DNA of 64,000 bases from Escherichia phage EI-SP-GF: the sequence record OR992645.1; one strand, given 5' to 3'. The position numbers and the translations under genes are program-made. Below, piece after piece: positions 56,645 through 64,000 of the stretch. Below the pieces are notes generated by a model. That model searched no databases, was not told the DNA's origin, and saw only the letters and a program-made list of their open reading frames with translations. How positions within the stretch are numbered: the stretch's first letter is position 1; every line of letters begins with the position of its first letter.

Positions 56645-56914
56645 TTATTCCTCTACAATCTCATACACATCAGGAGTTACAATCAACTCTTCTCCGTTAC
56701 CCGGTGCAACAAACACCACCAAGCCTTCAGGTGTGTGCTTTTTAGCCATCTCGATAACATCTTCTCGCAGAGCTGGCTCCATCAGATCAAAGCCTTCACC
56801 CAGGGCATCACGAACCACCTTCATATAGTCCACTGGTTGTGCTTCAACAATCATGCCTTCAACCAGTCCACAGTTTTTGTCTGCCAGCTCAGTTTTGAAT
56901 AATTTAATTTTCAT
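56645..56914 (-). CDS. Small acidic protein
   Basis: 89 aa; MKIKLFK...YEIVEE. Confidence 0.55.
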   Translation of the reverse strand: MKIKLFKTELADKNCGLVEGMIVEAQPVDYMKVVRDALGEGFDLMEPALREDVIEMAKKHTPEGLVVFVAPGNGEELIVTPDVYEIVEE

Positions 56915-57051
56915 TTAGAGGTCTCCTCAATTATTTGATATTAATAGCCGTAACCTAACACATTAACTACAACTGCGATTGCAAACATAATTTCAAAGCA
57001 TGCAATCTCTACATTTGGGACTAATTTCTTAATCATGCCCATTGTAGCACC

Positions 57052-57369
57052 TCATTCTCCAAAGTCAATCTTTACTTTGCCTTTCCCCTTACCTTTCTTT
57101 CCACCACATTTAGCCAACTGACGTGCTGCAACATCTACCATACGGTCAGTTGCCTCGTAAGCATCACTGCCTTTAGCTTTGGCAATAACTTCTTTTCCGG
57201 AAGTGTCAAAAATGAACGCCATAACTTCCTGGTGATCATTTTCAACTTTTACACTCACACGTGCATAGTTGGCAGAGGGGTGCAAACGCTCCAGCTTAGA
57301 CATTTTGTGGGAAATGAAAGACACCATACCTTCAGTGATTTCTACGTTGCCAGTGATTTCAATTTGCAT
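57052..57369 (-). CDS. hpf: Ribosome hibernation promoting factor homologue (HPF/RaiA/YfiA family)
   Basis: MQIEITGNVEITEGM...KLERL...VSVKVE...GKEVIAKAKGSDAYEATDRMVDVAARQLAK aligns along its length with the E. coli HPF sequence as recalled; Lys/Gly-rich tail. Confidence 0.8.
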   Translation of the reverse strand: MQIEITGNVEITEGMVSFISHKMSKLERLHPSANYARVSVKVENDHQEVMAFIFDTSGKEVIAKAKGSDAYEATDRMVDVAARQLAKCGGKKGKGKGKVKIDFGE

Positions 57370-57416
57370 AACGTGTTCCTTTTAAAGAAGAGGGAACCAA
57401 ACCCTCTTTGAAAACA

Positions 57417-57445
57417 ATGATACTAAATCTGAAGCGTTGTGTCAA
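57417..57445 (-). promoter_or_regulatory. Sigma70-like promoter (TTGACA-17-TATCAT), minus strand, driving the HPF gene
   Basis: Reverse complement reads TTGACA, 17 nt, TATCAT; followed by hairpin AGAGGG-tttggtt-CCCTCT and AAAGGAAC RBS. Confidence 0.6.
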
Positions 57446-57451
57446 CAGTTT

Positions 57452-57742
57452 TTACAGCTTGTCGTCGATAGTTTTTAAAATATCCACAGCAAGATCTGCC
57501 ATTTTTCGAACATACTCTGCAAACTCAACAGGATCCTTGATCAAAGAATTCACAGGGTCGTACCCTAGAGCGTTCAAAATGGCTGCAGCATCTACAACCT
57601 TCTCATCATTTGCGAAGATCTCTCCATCAAACTTGTAGGTCCATTTTGAGTCAATCTTGGCAGAGAAGGATTGGTCAACGCTTGTTACACCATCCTTTTT
57701 AAACTCTCCGGTGTTATCAGTGTCCAGAACTAAATCCATCAT
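57452..57742 (-). CDS. Hypothetical protein
   Basis: 96 aa ORF. Confidence 0.55.
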   Translation of the reverse strand: MMDLVLDTDNTGEFKKDGVTSVDQSFSAKIDSKWTYKFDGEIFANDEKVVDAAAILNALGYDPVNSLIKDPVEFAEYVRKMADLAVDILKTIDDKL

Positions 57743-57759
57743 GTTAGTACCTCACTGTT

Positions 57760-58158
57760 TCAGTCTAGCTTTTCTTCAACAACCCCATAACTTGGGGCAG
57801 AGTCAAGAGCTTTCTGGTTTAAAAGTGGCGTAGCAGAATCTGCAAACGGTGTCCAAGTTTTTGTTCTGGCATTCCAGTAATGCTTCACTCTGGAATCTGG
57901 ATGCACTATAACAAAAACTTTTTCACTTGTCAACACATTAATTTCTTCTACACCCTTGCTGATAATTTCTCCGTCATAGCCACCAATCTGGTATCCTTCG
58001 TACCAGGTTCTTGCATATGCATAGCCAGCCTGCCAGCATGCAGCCTCCTCCGAGGTGGAGACTACGTAGAAGTCTTTCTCAAATTCTGGGATACGCCCTT
58101 GCTTTACGCTCCAAGACCCGCGAATTTTCATTGTAACTTTGAACAGTTTATTTTTCAC
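57760..58158 (-). CDS. Hypothetical protein, paralogue of 55558-55953
   Basis: KVFVIVHPDSRVKHYWNARTKTWTP. Confidence 0.6.
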   Translation of the reverse strand: MKNKLFKVTMKIRGSWSVKQGRIPEFEKDFYVVSTSEEAACWQAGYAYARTWYEGYQIGGYDGEIISKGVEEINVLTSEKVFVIVHPDSRVKHYWNARTKTWTPFADSATPLLNQKALDSAPSYGVVEEKLD

Positions 58159-58170
58159 AACGGTTACCCC

Positions 58171-58425
58171 TCACAGCTCTACAATCTCTGCATCTGACCC
58201 TGCCCCAAAGGCATAATAGGATTCTTCCCCGAAATAATATTCCGGTGCACCAGCAGCGATCAGGTCTGATCCCAAGATAAACACCACGTTGTGGCCTACA
58301 TAACTGTGATGTTGCCGCACAGGATCATCCCACGGCAACCCTTCAAAGTATACCGCAGGAACGACCTTTCCATTCAGGAAGGATTGTCCCAAGTAGACGT
58401 TAGAATCAAGAATTTTAACCTTCAT
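58171..58425 (-). CDS. Small protein, DLIAAGA family member
   Basis: MKVKILDSNVYLGQ...GSDLIAAGAPE. Confidence 0.6.
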   Translation of the reverse strand: MKVKILDSNVYLGQSFLNGKVVPAVYFEGLPWDDPVRQHHSYVGHNVVFILGSDLIAAGAPEYYFGEESYYAFGAGSDAEIVEL

Positions 58426-58642
58426 TCTCGTCCTCCACTATCTCTACATCCTCACCAAGGGCAAAGTTGTAGGTCCACTGACTGTCAAAGCAGTCCTGAG
58501 ATGCACCAGCGGCAATAAGATCTGCACCTTTTATTTTTAAAAGGTCAGGATAATCTTCGTTAGGGATAGCGGTAAACACTTTCCCCACTAAGGGCTCCTG
58601 ACCAATATAGAAGCTTGAATCTAAAACTTTAACTTTCATCAA
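58415..58642 (-). CDS. Small protein, DLIAAGA family member
   Basis: MMKVKVLDSSFYIGQ...GADLIAAGASQ. Confidence 0.6.
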   Translation of the reverse strand: MMKVKVLDSSFYIGQEPLVGKVFTAIPNEDYPDLLKIKGADLIAAGASQDCFDSQWTYNFALGEDVEIVEDENEG

Positions 58643-58926
58643 CGGTCTCCCTCAGGCGGTTGTGGGACGTAAACACTGTTACGAATATCGTCAGCAGTGT
58701 AGTAATAAGTGGTTCCAACCCTATCTCGGGCTGCAATGTACTCTGCTATACCAATAAGTGCCATTGATTTGGTGGCGTATCTTCCCAACTCGTTAGCTCC
58801 CCAGTAGAATTTAGACCAGTAGGGAATAAGACCGAACAAATATACCTTTTGACGAACTTCCCAGTAAGTGCCTTTTCCGACAAGTTTAAACTCTACTTCA
58901 CTACTGTTAATCTTTTTCATTATCAA
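58639..58926 (-). CDS. Hypothetical protein
   Basis: 95 aa ORF. Confidence 0.55.
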   Translation of the reverse strand: MIMKKINSSEVEFKLVGKGTYWEVRQKVYLFGLIPYWSKFYWGANELGRYATKSMALIGIAEYIAARDRVGTTYYYTADDIRNSVYVPQPPEGDR

Positions 58927-59219
58927 TCTCCCTCTACCGTGGTCGGATTGTCAGTAAGAAATTGAGCATTGGCTGGAGGCACGCCTGACATTTTCCACAC
59001 AACCATAAGTTTGTAACCAGGCACTCTATTAAGTGCAGATCGAGTAGAGTTTGTGCACGTATACTTTCGCTTTCCAAACCCGTTCTCCATCATAATCCAG
59101 TACCCAGTATCTTTGTCACCAGGTATCGGTAGACCACCTTCATCAACCCACTGAATGGACCACGGCACGATGGCTACAGCTTTATATTTAAACTTTTTAA
59201 ACCACTCAAAAAGTTTCAT
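58923..59219 (-). CDS. Hypothetical protein
   Basis: 98 aa ORF. Confidence 0.55.
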   Translation of the reverse strand: MKLFEWFKKFKYKAVAIVPWSIQWVDEGGLPIPGDKDTGYWIMMENGFGKRKYTCTNSTRSALNRVPGYKLMVVWKMSGVPPANAQFLTDNPTTVEGD

Positions 59220-59519
59220 AATTCAGCCTCGCATAGACATAATCACTATAAACAGGCAAATAATGAATCCGAATGCCACGCCACCCATAAACGTTAATAT
59301 TGATGCGACCATAATCAATCAGCCTCGTTTGGCAGCTCTTCCATTTTTACATACCGGAAAGTGTTGCCGTAATAGTTGATCCATGACATCAGCTCACTTT
59401 CTTGCTCTTCCTCTGGGATGGACTCTCGAACGCTGACAAGTTTTAAGAAAACCCAATCACAATCCACCCCCCATCCTACCAGACAGACAATAGTGCTTCA
59501 TAAAACCCTCCCGCCTGGT

Positions 59520-59714
59520 TTAGAATATTGCTTCTTCCATTGCACCTGAGAGCAACAAAGAGGTAATCTGGCTAACATTCATCTCAGACTCCACTTCCTC
59601 TCCTTTGAAAGGTTCGCGGCAGAATAGGACTGTTTCAGGATTTTTACTTCGAACAATATAATACAAATCATTCAAAGTGTTGTAGTAATAAGTGTTAAAA
59701 TGTAAGTTTTTCAT
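59520..59714 (-). CDS. Hypothetical protein
   Basis: 64 aa ORF. Confidence 0.45.
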   Translation of the reverse strand: MKNLHFNTYYYNTLNDLYYIVRSKNPETVLFCREPFKGEEVESEMNVSQITSLLLSGAMEEAIF

Positions 59715-59998
59715 TTTCTAGTCCCCTTTTTAGATTTTTGTGCAGAAACGCTTTCTGCAATACGAGACAGGCGTTCTTCTGAAGCTTTACCTACCCCAGG
59801 TTTCTTGAGCGGATTATCTTTATGACCGCAATCCAATTGGATGCTAGATACATCCCCAACCTTGTAAGTCAATTCTAGCAAAAGGTTGTCGTCCTTGTCA
59901 AATGTTTTTACGATAAATTTTTTATCGTCCTCCTTAACTTCATATCTAGTACCTGCAGTATACAGCATGGTGCCATCAGCGTAGGATATCCAGATCAT
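59711..59998 (-). CDS. Hypothetical protein
   Basis: 95 aa ORF. Confidence 0.55.
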   Translation of the reverse strand: MIWISYADGTMLYTAGTRYEVKEDDKKFIVKTFDKDDNLLLELTYKVGDVSSIQLDCGHKDNPLKKPGVGKASEERLSRIAESVSAQKSKKGTRK

Positions 59999-60342
59999 TG
60001 CACCTCCTTCTGCTGCAACAGCATCAACTCTTTGTTGGAAATCTTTACTGCTGTCTTTATTGTCCCATCTTCACGGAACCACGACCAGAATTCTACAGTA
60101 TCACCACTATCAAGCAAGGCATGACCATGGTAAAAATCTTTGTCCTTAGACAGTTTCTCATCTATATCTGCATCGACACATTCGTGATCCATAGCATTCT
60201 GCCTGAATGCATCGGTTATGCCAATGCACGCCTTACTCTCAAGGCTGGTATACCCAATATCTTTTAATTCAGTTTCCCAAGTCCAGTATCCTACAAAAGC
60301 TACAACAGCCACCCACATTAATATCGATTTAATCTTTGACAT
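59995..60342 (-). CDS. Secreted or membrane-anchored hypothetical protein
   Basis: N-terminal hydrophobic MSKIKSILMWVAVVAFVGYWTW. Confidence 0.55.
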   Translation of the reverse strand: MSKIKSILMWVAVVAFVGYWTWETELKDIGYTSLESKACIGITDAFRQNAMDHECVDADIDEKLSKDKDFYHGHALLDSGDTVEFWSWFREDGTIKTAVKISNKELMLLQQKEVQ

Positions 60343-60402
60343 TCTCTCTACCTCTTTCTTAGTTTATTTAGTTATGGCACATCCTTTGTGCCATAATGCA
60401 CA

Positions 60403-60864
60403 TTACTTAAACAACAGTTCAAAATAGTGCAAAATTAACAGAAGTTGAATTACGCCTAGCACAACTGCAAGTATGTTGATCTTAGAATCAAAAAACTTCT
60501 TAACTTTTACCCTAAAAGGCTCCTTAATGTCCTTTACGATCCTATTTATAGATGATTTCATATCCCTGATTACCATCCTAAACATTAGAGACGGATCTTC
60601 CTTCTCTGTAACGGAATCGAAAACATACTCTCTTCGGTCATAAGGACCTCCAGATCTGCGTATTAACCTCTCCACAGATACCTCGTACGACACACCTGTA
60701 ACGTAATCATCTATGACAAGTAGTGACGGGTCTTTATCGTCCAAAGGTATCAAAGTTATCTTTCCAGATTTTGTTAAAATTTCTCCTTTTTCAAGCAGTG
60801 TGTACCAATGCTCTCTACCAAGGTTGTTGAGGCACGTTTTTACATATTTAACAAACATCGTCAC
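60403..60864 (-). CDS. Hypothetical protein with C-terminal TM helix
   Basis: 153 aa; C-terminal NILAVVLGVIQLLLILHYF. Confidence 0.6.
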   Translation of the reverse strand: MTMFVKYVKTCLNNLGREHWYTLLEKGEILTKSGKITLIPLDDKDPSLLVIDDYVTGVSYEVSVERLIRRSGGPYDRREYVFDSVTEKEDPSLMFRMVIRDMKSSINRIVKDIKEPFRVKVKKFFDSKINILAVVLGVIQLLLILHYFELLFK

Positions 60865-61046
60865 CCCTCATCGCACGTCTGATATAGCCATTCTATGAAA
60901 TCTTGATACCACTCTCCCTCTGAGCGCTCCGTAGGCCAATAATCTTCCCCCTCTCTTGCATTAAAATCTGAGTATTCAACTTTCCACTCCTTTACCAGCT
61001 CGTGGAGAAGGTTTTCAGCCTGTTCTAAGGATTTATTTTTTGTCAT
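60861..61046 (-). CDS. Small hypothetical protein
   Basis: ATG 61046 after AAGGGG RBS. Confidence 0.45.
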   Translation of the reverse strand: MTKNKSLEQAENLLHELVKEWKVEYSDFNAREGEDYWPTERSEGEWYQDFIEWLYQTCDEG

Positions 61047-61129
61047 TACTGTCCCCTTTTTCAATATAATTATACATCAGCGCCGCGCCACCTAAAATGG
61101 CTACCAGCAGTAATACCCCAGAGAGCATT

Positions 61130-61282
61130 TCAATAAACATGGCTTGAAACATTAGAAGGCCCCCCTAATTTCACGCACCATTTTAAATACATATTCTTTT
61201 CCCATAAAGGTGCCCGGCTAAGATCTGCGTAGAATGCAATCTCTTTAAGAACAGTATAAACAGTTTTAGGTGCGGTATCCAT
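61130..61282 (-). CDS. Small hypothetical protein (50 aa)
   Basis: ATG 61282 after AAGGAGAAAAAGGAGAG RBS. Confidence 0.35.
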   Translation of the reverse strand: MDTAPKTVYTVLKEIAFYADLSRAPLWEKNMYLKWCVKLGGPSNVSSHVY

Positions 61283-61502
61283 CCCTACTCTCCTTTTTCT
61301 CCTTACGGATATTCTTGCGGTAATCAACTAGGCACATTATTACGATGAAGATAACAACAGGCCAAAAGGGCGCAGCAGTGATGATGGTGATAAAATCATC
61401 AAACTTCACCCTTCGGGTAGACACGATGCATATACCTGCCAAGATTACTGCTGTTATAACAGCTACTACCAGGTAACCTATCAGCACAGCATCTATACTC
61501 AT
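61266..61502 (-). CDS. Small membrane protein (two TM helices)
   Basis: LIGYLVVAVITAVILAGICIV and AAPFWPVVIFIVIMCLV hydrophobic segments. Confidence 0.5.
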   Translation of the reverse strand: MSIDAVLIGYLVVAVITAVILAGICIVSTRRVKFDDFITIITAAPFWPVVIFIVIMCLVDYRKNIRKEKKESRDGYRT

Positions 61503-61520
61503 TGGCTCCTCCTTTGTAGG

Positions 61521-62066
61521 TTAAATTGTACACTGCAGGTGGTTGCCGAGGGTGTCAAGAAAATTATCCCGTTCTTTCTCAGAGTTTTCATGGGTGTAGC
61601 TGAAAAACATATCTAGAATAACCTTATTGATATATTCCAGCTCCTCTGTGTTCAGGTACTTAGCAGGATCTACAATGACATCCCAAATATCATACAAACC
61701 GCACTCATGATACCCCCAACGCCACTCAACTGTCAAACTGAGCGGCAAATCTTTACCATCACAAACAACCTTCCATCTGCAGATGTTGGTATCTGGACGT
61801 ACCTGTGCACGGTATACCTGTACAAAATCCAATTTGAATTTGAGGTACTCGTCATACAATTTAAGTACAAAACTCTCGATTTGTGGAGACACTTTTGCAG
61901 CAAACTGTGCGTATTTGTACTTGCACTGGATGATCTTTCTGCGTTTTGCAGTTAAATTTTTTGCAGCCAGTTGTTCTTCAGTGTACCTCCACCTACGATC
62001 AACAAACGCAACAGGGTCTTTGTCCCCATAGAGGTCTTCCCAGTTAATCAGAAGCATACCTGTCAC
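61521..62066 (-). CDS. Hypothetical protein
   Basis: 181 aa ORF. Confidence 0.6.
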   Translation of the reverse strand: MTGMLLINWEDLYGDKDPVAFVDRRWRYTEEQLAAKNLTAKRRKIIQCKYKYAQFAAKVSPQIESFVLKLYDEYLKFKLDFVQVYRAQVRPDTNICRWKVVCDGKDLPLSLTVEWRWGYHECGLYDIWDVIVDPAKYLNTEELEYINKVILDMFFSYTHENSEKERDNFLDTLGNHLQCTI

Positions 62067-62296
62067 TCCTCCACAACTTCAAGGCCTTTGCCGCCTCGTT
62101 CTGGTAGATTACTTAAAGACAGGTAATACGTATAGTCAGGAGAGATCCTGCCAGACTCTGCACCTGCAGCTAGTAAATCTTTTCCCTTAACCATGACAAC
62201 ATTATCGTTTGCAGATAGCCGTTTTGCTTCCACAATTTTACCAACGCAGTCAACCAAGGAAGGGTACCCTAAATCTGTAAGAAATTTAACTTTCAT
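62063..62296 (-). CDS. Small protein, DLIAAGA family member
   Basis: MKVKFLTDLGYPS...GKDLLAAGAES...LEVVEE. Confidence 0.6.
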   Translation of the reverse strand: MKVKFLTDLGYPSLVDCVGKIVEAKRLSANDNVVMVKGKDLLAAGAESGRISPDYTYYLSLSNLPERGGKGLEVVEE

Positions 62297-62335
62297 GCTA
62301 CCTCCTGCTTTTACCGTCCCTGGTAAGATAAATTA

Positions 62336-62734
62336 TTACTGAACAGATCGCGGAGCTGGGAAGGATAACTCTTCTAAAGAGAAGATTTCATTTCCCACAA
62401 TCCATGTTGCCGGATCATCCGGGTTGACTGGATAGATAATCATCACCTCGTCCGTGTTACATACTCGCTTTTTACCTGTGGAGTTATCAGCAACTAGCAT
62501 GCGAGGCTCTTCAGAGATACACAAGTATCCACCACGTCCAACTGTCCCTTCTACAGGATCCTGGCCTTTTATCACGATGAATATCTTCTCTCCTGCGGTG
62601 ATATTACCTTGCACACTCACCGTTTGACCAACCTTGGATGTGCCAATCTTAGTGACTTCGAACATTACATCACGGATAACTGTTGCATAGTTACCAGAGA
62701 CTTTCTTACCTTCTTCAGTAATCTCAATCTTCAT
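62336..62734 (-). CDS. Hypothetical protein
   Basis: 132 aa ORF. Confidence 0.6.
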   Translation of the reverse strand: MKIEITEEGKKVSGNYATVIRDVMFEVTKIGTSKVGQTVSVQGNITAGEKIFIVIKGQDPVEGTVGRGGYLCISEEPRMLVADNSTGKKRVCNTDEVMIIYPVNPDDPATWIVGNEIFSLEELSFPAPRSVQ

Positions 62735-62970
62735 AATTTAGGCTCCTTAAATGAATCTATATAGTCAATTAAATCCCAAGCATCTCTATGGCCTGTCAGA
62801 GGGTATACTTCTCCAAGAGGGATCATAGCAATAAGCCTATCAAAAACCCAATCTGGACGCAACATTTTATGATGATATTCCCACTCACCTTCCACAGATT
62901 TTTTCTGAGTGATCAGAATCTCTGTGTAGTGTTTTGTCTGTCTTGAGTAGATTGAAAATGACTTATACAT
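62731..62970 (-). CDS. Hypothetical protein
   Basis: ATG 62970 after AGAGGGGGG RBS (track start is TTG). Confidence 0.5.
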   Translation of the reverse strand: MYKSFSIYSRQTKHYTEILITQKKSVEGEWEYHHKMLRPDWVFDRLIAMIPLGEVYPLTGHRDAWDLIDYIDSFKEPKL

Positions 62971-63006
62971 AGATGACCCCCCTCTTGTTGAAAACAAAAT
63001 ACACTA

Positions 63007-63291
63007 CTACCAGGTCACTGTCAAGTAGGCAACTGTGTTATTTTTCTCCGGGGAGATGCCAACAACATCCACCTGCAGACCTCCTGCCCTCAAATCCCCA
63101 ACGATGTGTGGGAAGTAGTCTGAGAGGTGTGATGGAAGATTTATCGAAAATCCGCATCCCAGAAAGCCTGCTAACGCCTTATTTTGTATCTCCCCTACAA
63201 TCGCATCATAAATGGAGTTAAGCTCGTCAGGGAGAGTTACAGGACGTTTTAGCGCTAACTGGTGCAACTTGTCCTTAGCACTCATTTTCAT
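63007..63291 (-). CDS. Hypothetical protein
   Basis: ATG 63291 after GGAGG RBS; overlaps stop of upstream methyltransferase. Confidence 0.5.
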   Translation of the reverse strand: MKMSAKDKLHQLALKRPVTLPDELNSIYDAIVGEIQNKALAGFLGCGFSINLPSHLSDYFPHIVGDLRAGGLQVDVVGISPEKNNTVAYLTVTW

Positions 63292-63821
63292 TTCAAGTCT
63301 GCCTCCGGAGGTGCCAACCACATAAATGGTGGTAGGTCTAAACGGTTCTTCTTGTCCCACACAAAATATGCATATGCTTGCCCGTCAGTTCTGCCATTCG
63401 ATTGGAATGATGGACGCTTAGATATTGTGATCACAGTGGTAGGGGCATTATCAAGCCACCATTCAAATCTGGCCTTGCTTTCCAGAAAATTAAGACGCAA
63501 AAGCATAATAACTACGTCGGCATCTTTCAACGCCTTGTCCACAAACTCACGAGCCAGGCTGTACGGCGGGTTGGTGATAATACAGTCAACATGGTTGTAT
63601 TCTGTATTCAGATAGTCAACACCTTCTTGGATTTCTCCCCATGCAGATCCTAACGGCATACGGGAGTAGAACACACCTGAGGCGCTATTCCTGCAAGGCT
63701 CCAAATAGGTCCAATCTTCTGGGAACGGAATGAGGTCATACAACCCTTCTGCACACCACTCTGGTGTCACATATTCATCATAGGCGTTACGTTGTTCGTC
63801 AGGTTTTCTAGCACAAGTCAT
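63288..63821 (-). CDS. DNA N6-adenine methyltransferase, small phage Dam-like type
   Basis: Catalytic IITNPPY motif; 177 aa. Confidence 0.75.
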   Translation of the reverse strand: MTCARKPDEQRNAYDEYVTPEWCAEGLYDLIPFPEDWTYLEPCRNSASGVFYSRMPLGSAWGEIQEGVDYLNTEYNHVDCIITNPPYSLAREFVDKALKDADVVIMLLRLNFLESKARFEWWLDNAPTTVITISKRPSFQSNGRTDGQAYAYFVWDKKNRLDLPPFMWLAPPEADLK

Positions 63822-63837
63822 GCAAATCTCCAGATCA

Positions 63838-63861
63838 TAAAAGCCCTCCGAAGAGGGCTTT
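63838..63861 (-). terminator. Hairpin (AAAGCCCTC-cgaa-GAGGGCTTT), candidate terminator
   Basis: 9 bp stem; short T-run on the minus strand. Confidence 0.45.
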
Positions 63862-63872
63862 AAGATTAATGT

Positions 63873-64000
63873 TTAAGCTTCTTCGATAATTCCTGCGCCC
63901 AGGATTTTTTCATTGAGCTCTTTTGCTGTTTTAATAATATTGTCCACCAGACGCTTGCGGGTCTTATCTTTAACCTGAACTTCTTCACCTCCGTTCAGGG
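63873..64000 (-). CDS. C-terminal fragment of a protein whose 5' end lies outside the window
   Basis: Minus-strand frame open from window edge, ending ...LVDNIIKTAKELNEKILGAGIIEEA*. Confidence 0.4.
   Translation of the reverse strand, partial: LNGGEEVQVKDKTRKRLVDNIIKTAKELNEKILGAGIIEEA

Noticed and set aside
1-64000. Temperate-phage or mobile-element hallmarks (integrase, repressor, transposase)
   Set aside because: No tyrosine or serine recombinase motifs or repressor-like genes were recognised; the content (rIIA, Dda helicase, DNA polymerase, primase) fits a virulent phage.

Overview
This 64 kb window looks like an internal segment of a large virulent tailed dsDNA phage genome; no integrase or repressor was seen. 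All calls come from reading the six-frame translations and the DNA by eye, with no searches run. Layout: (1) 1-5477, plus strand: end of the late/structural region, a roughly 1600 aa tail-fibre-like protein with an Ig-like domain, preceded by a partial ORF in another frame, ending at a bidirectional terminator. (2) 5524-12216, minus strand: accessory module with a HAD phosphatase, a fused metallopeptidase/vWA protein and an HNH-like protein. (3) 12359-37459, plus strand: replication module launched from a divergent sigma70-like promoter, with a MoxR-like AAA ATPase, a secreted SleB-like wall hydrolase, rIIA-like GHKL ATPase, Dda/Pif1-like helicase, C5-methyltransferase-like protein, TOPRIM primase fused to DnaB-like helicase, family A DNA polymerase, an SSB-like protein with an internal DDIPF motif, an HNH endonuclease and a DarG/Poa1p-like macro domain protein. 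(4) 37460-38719: non-coding iteron-rich stretch. (5) 38720-49017, plus strand: about 30 small genes, most with their own near-consensus promoter, a 5' hairpin and a strong RBS; an identical 44 bp element occurs three times. (6) 49018-51557: 2.5 kb repeat-rich non-coding zone where the two flanking gene blocks converge. (7) 51558-64000, minus strand: about 35 small genes including an HPF/RaiA ribosome hibernation factor homologue, paralogous small-protein families and a Dam-like adenine methyltransferase. The most notable candidates are the macro domain protein, the HPF homologue, the split vWA/MoxR pair and the two repeat-dense non-coding regions. Most small ORFs have no recognisable function and several start codons are uncertain.
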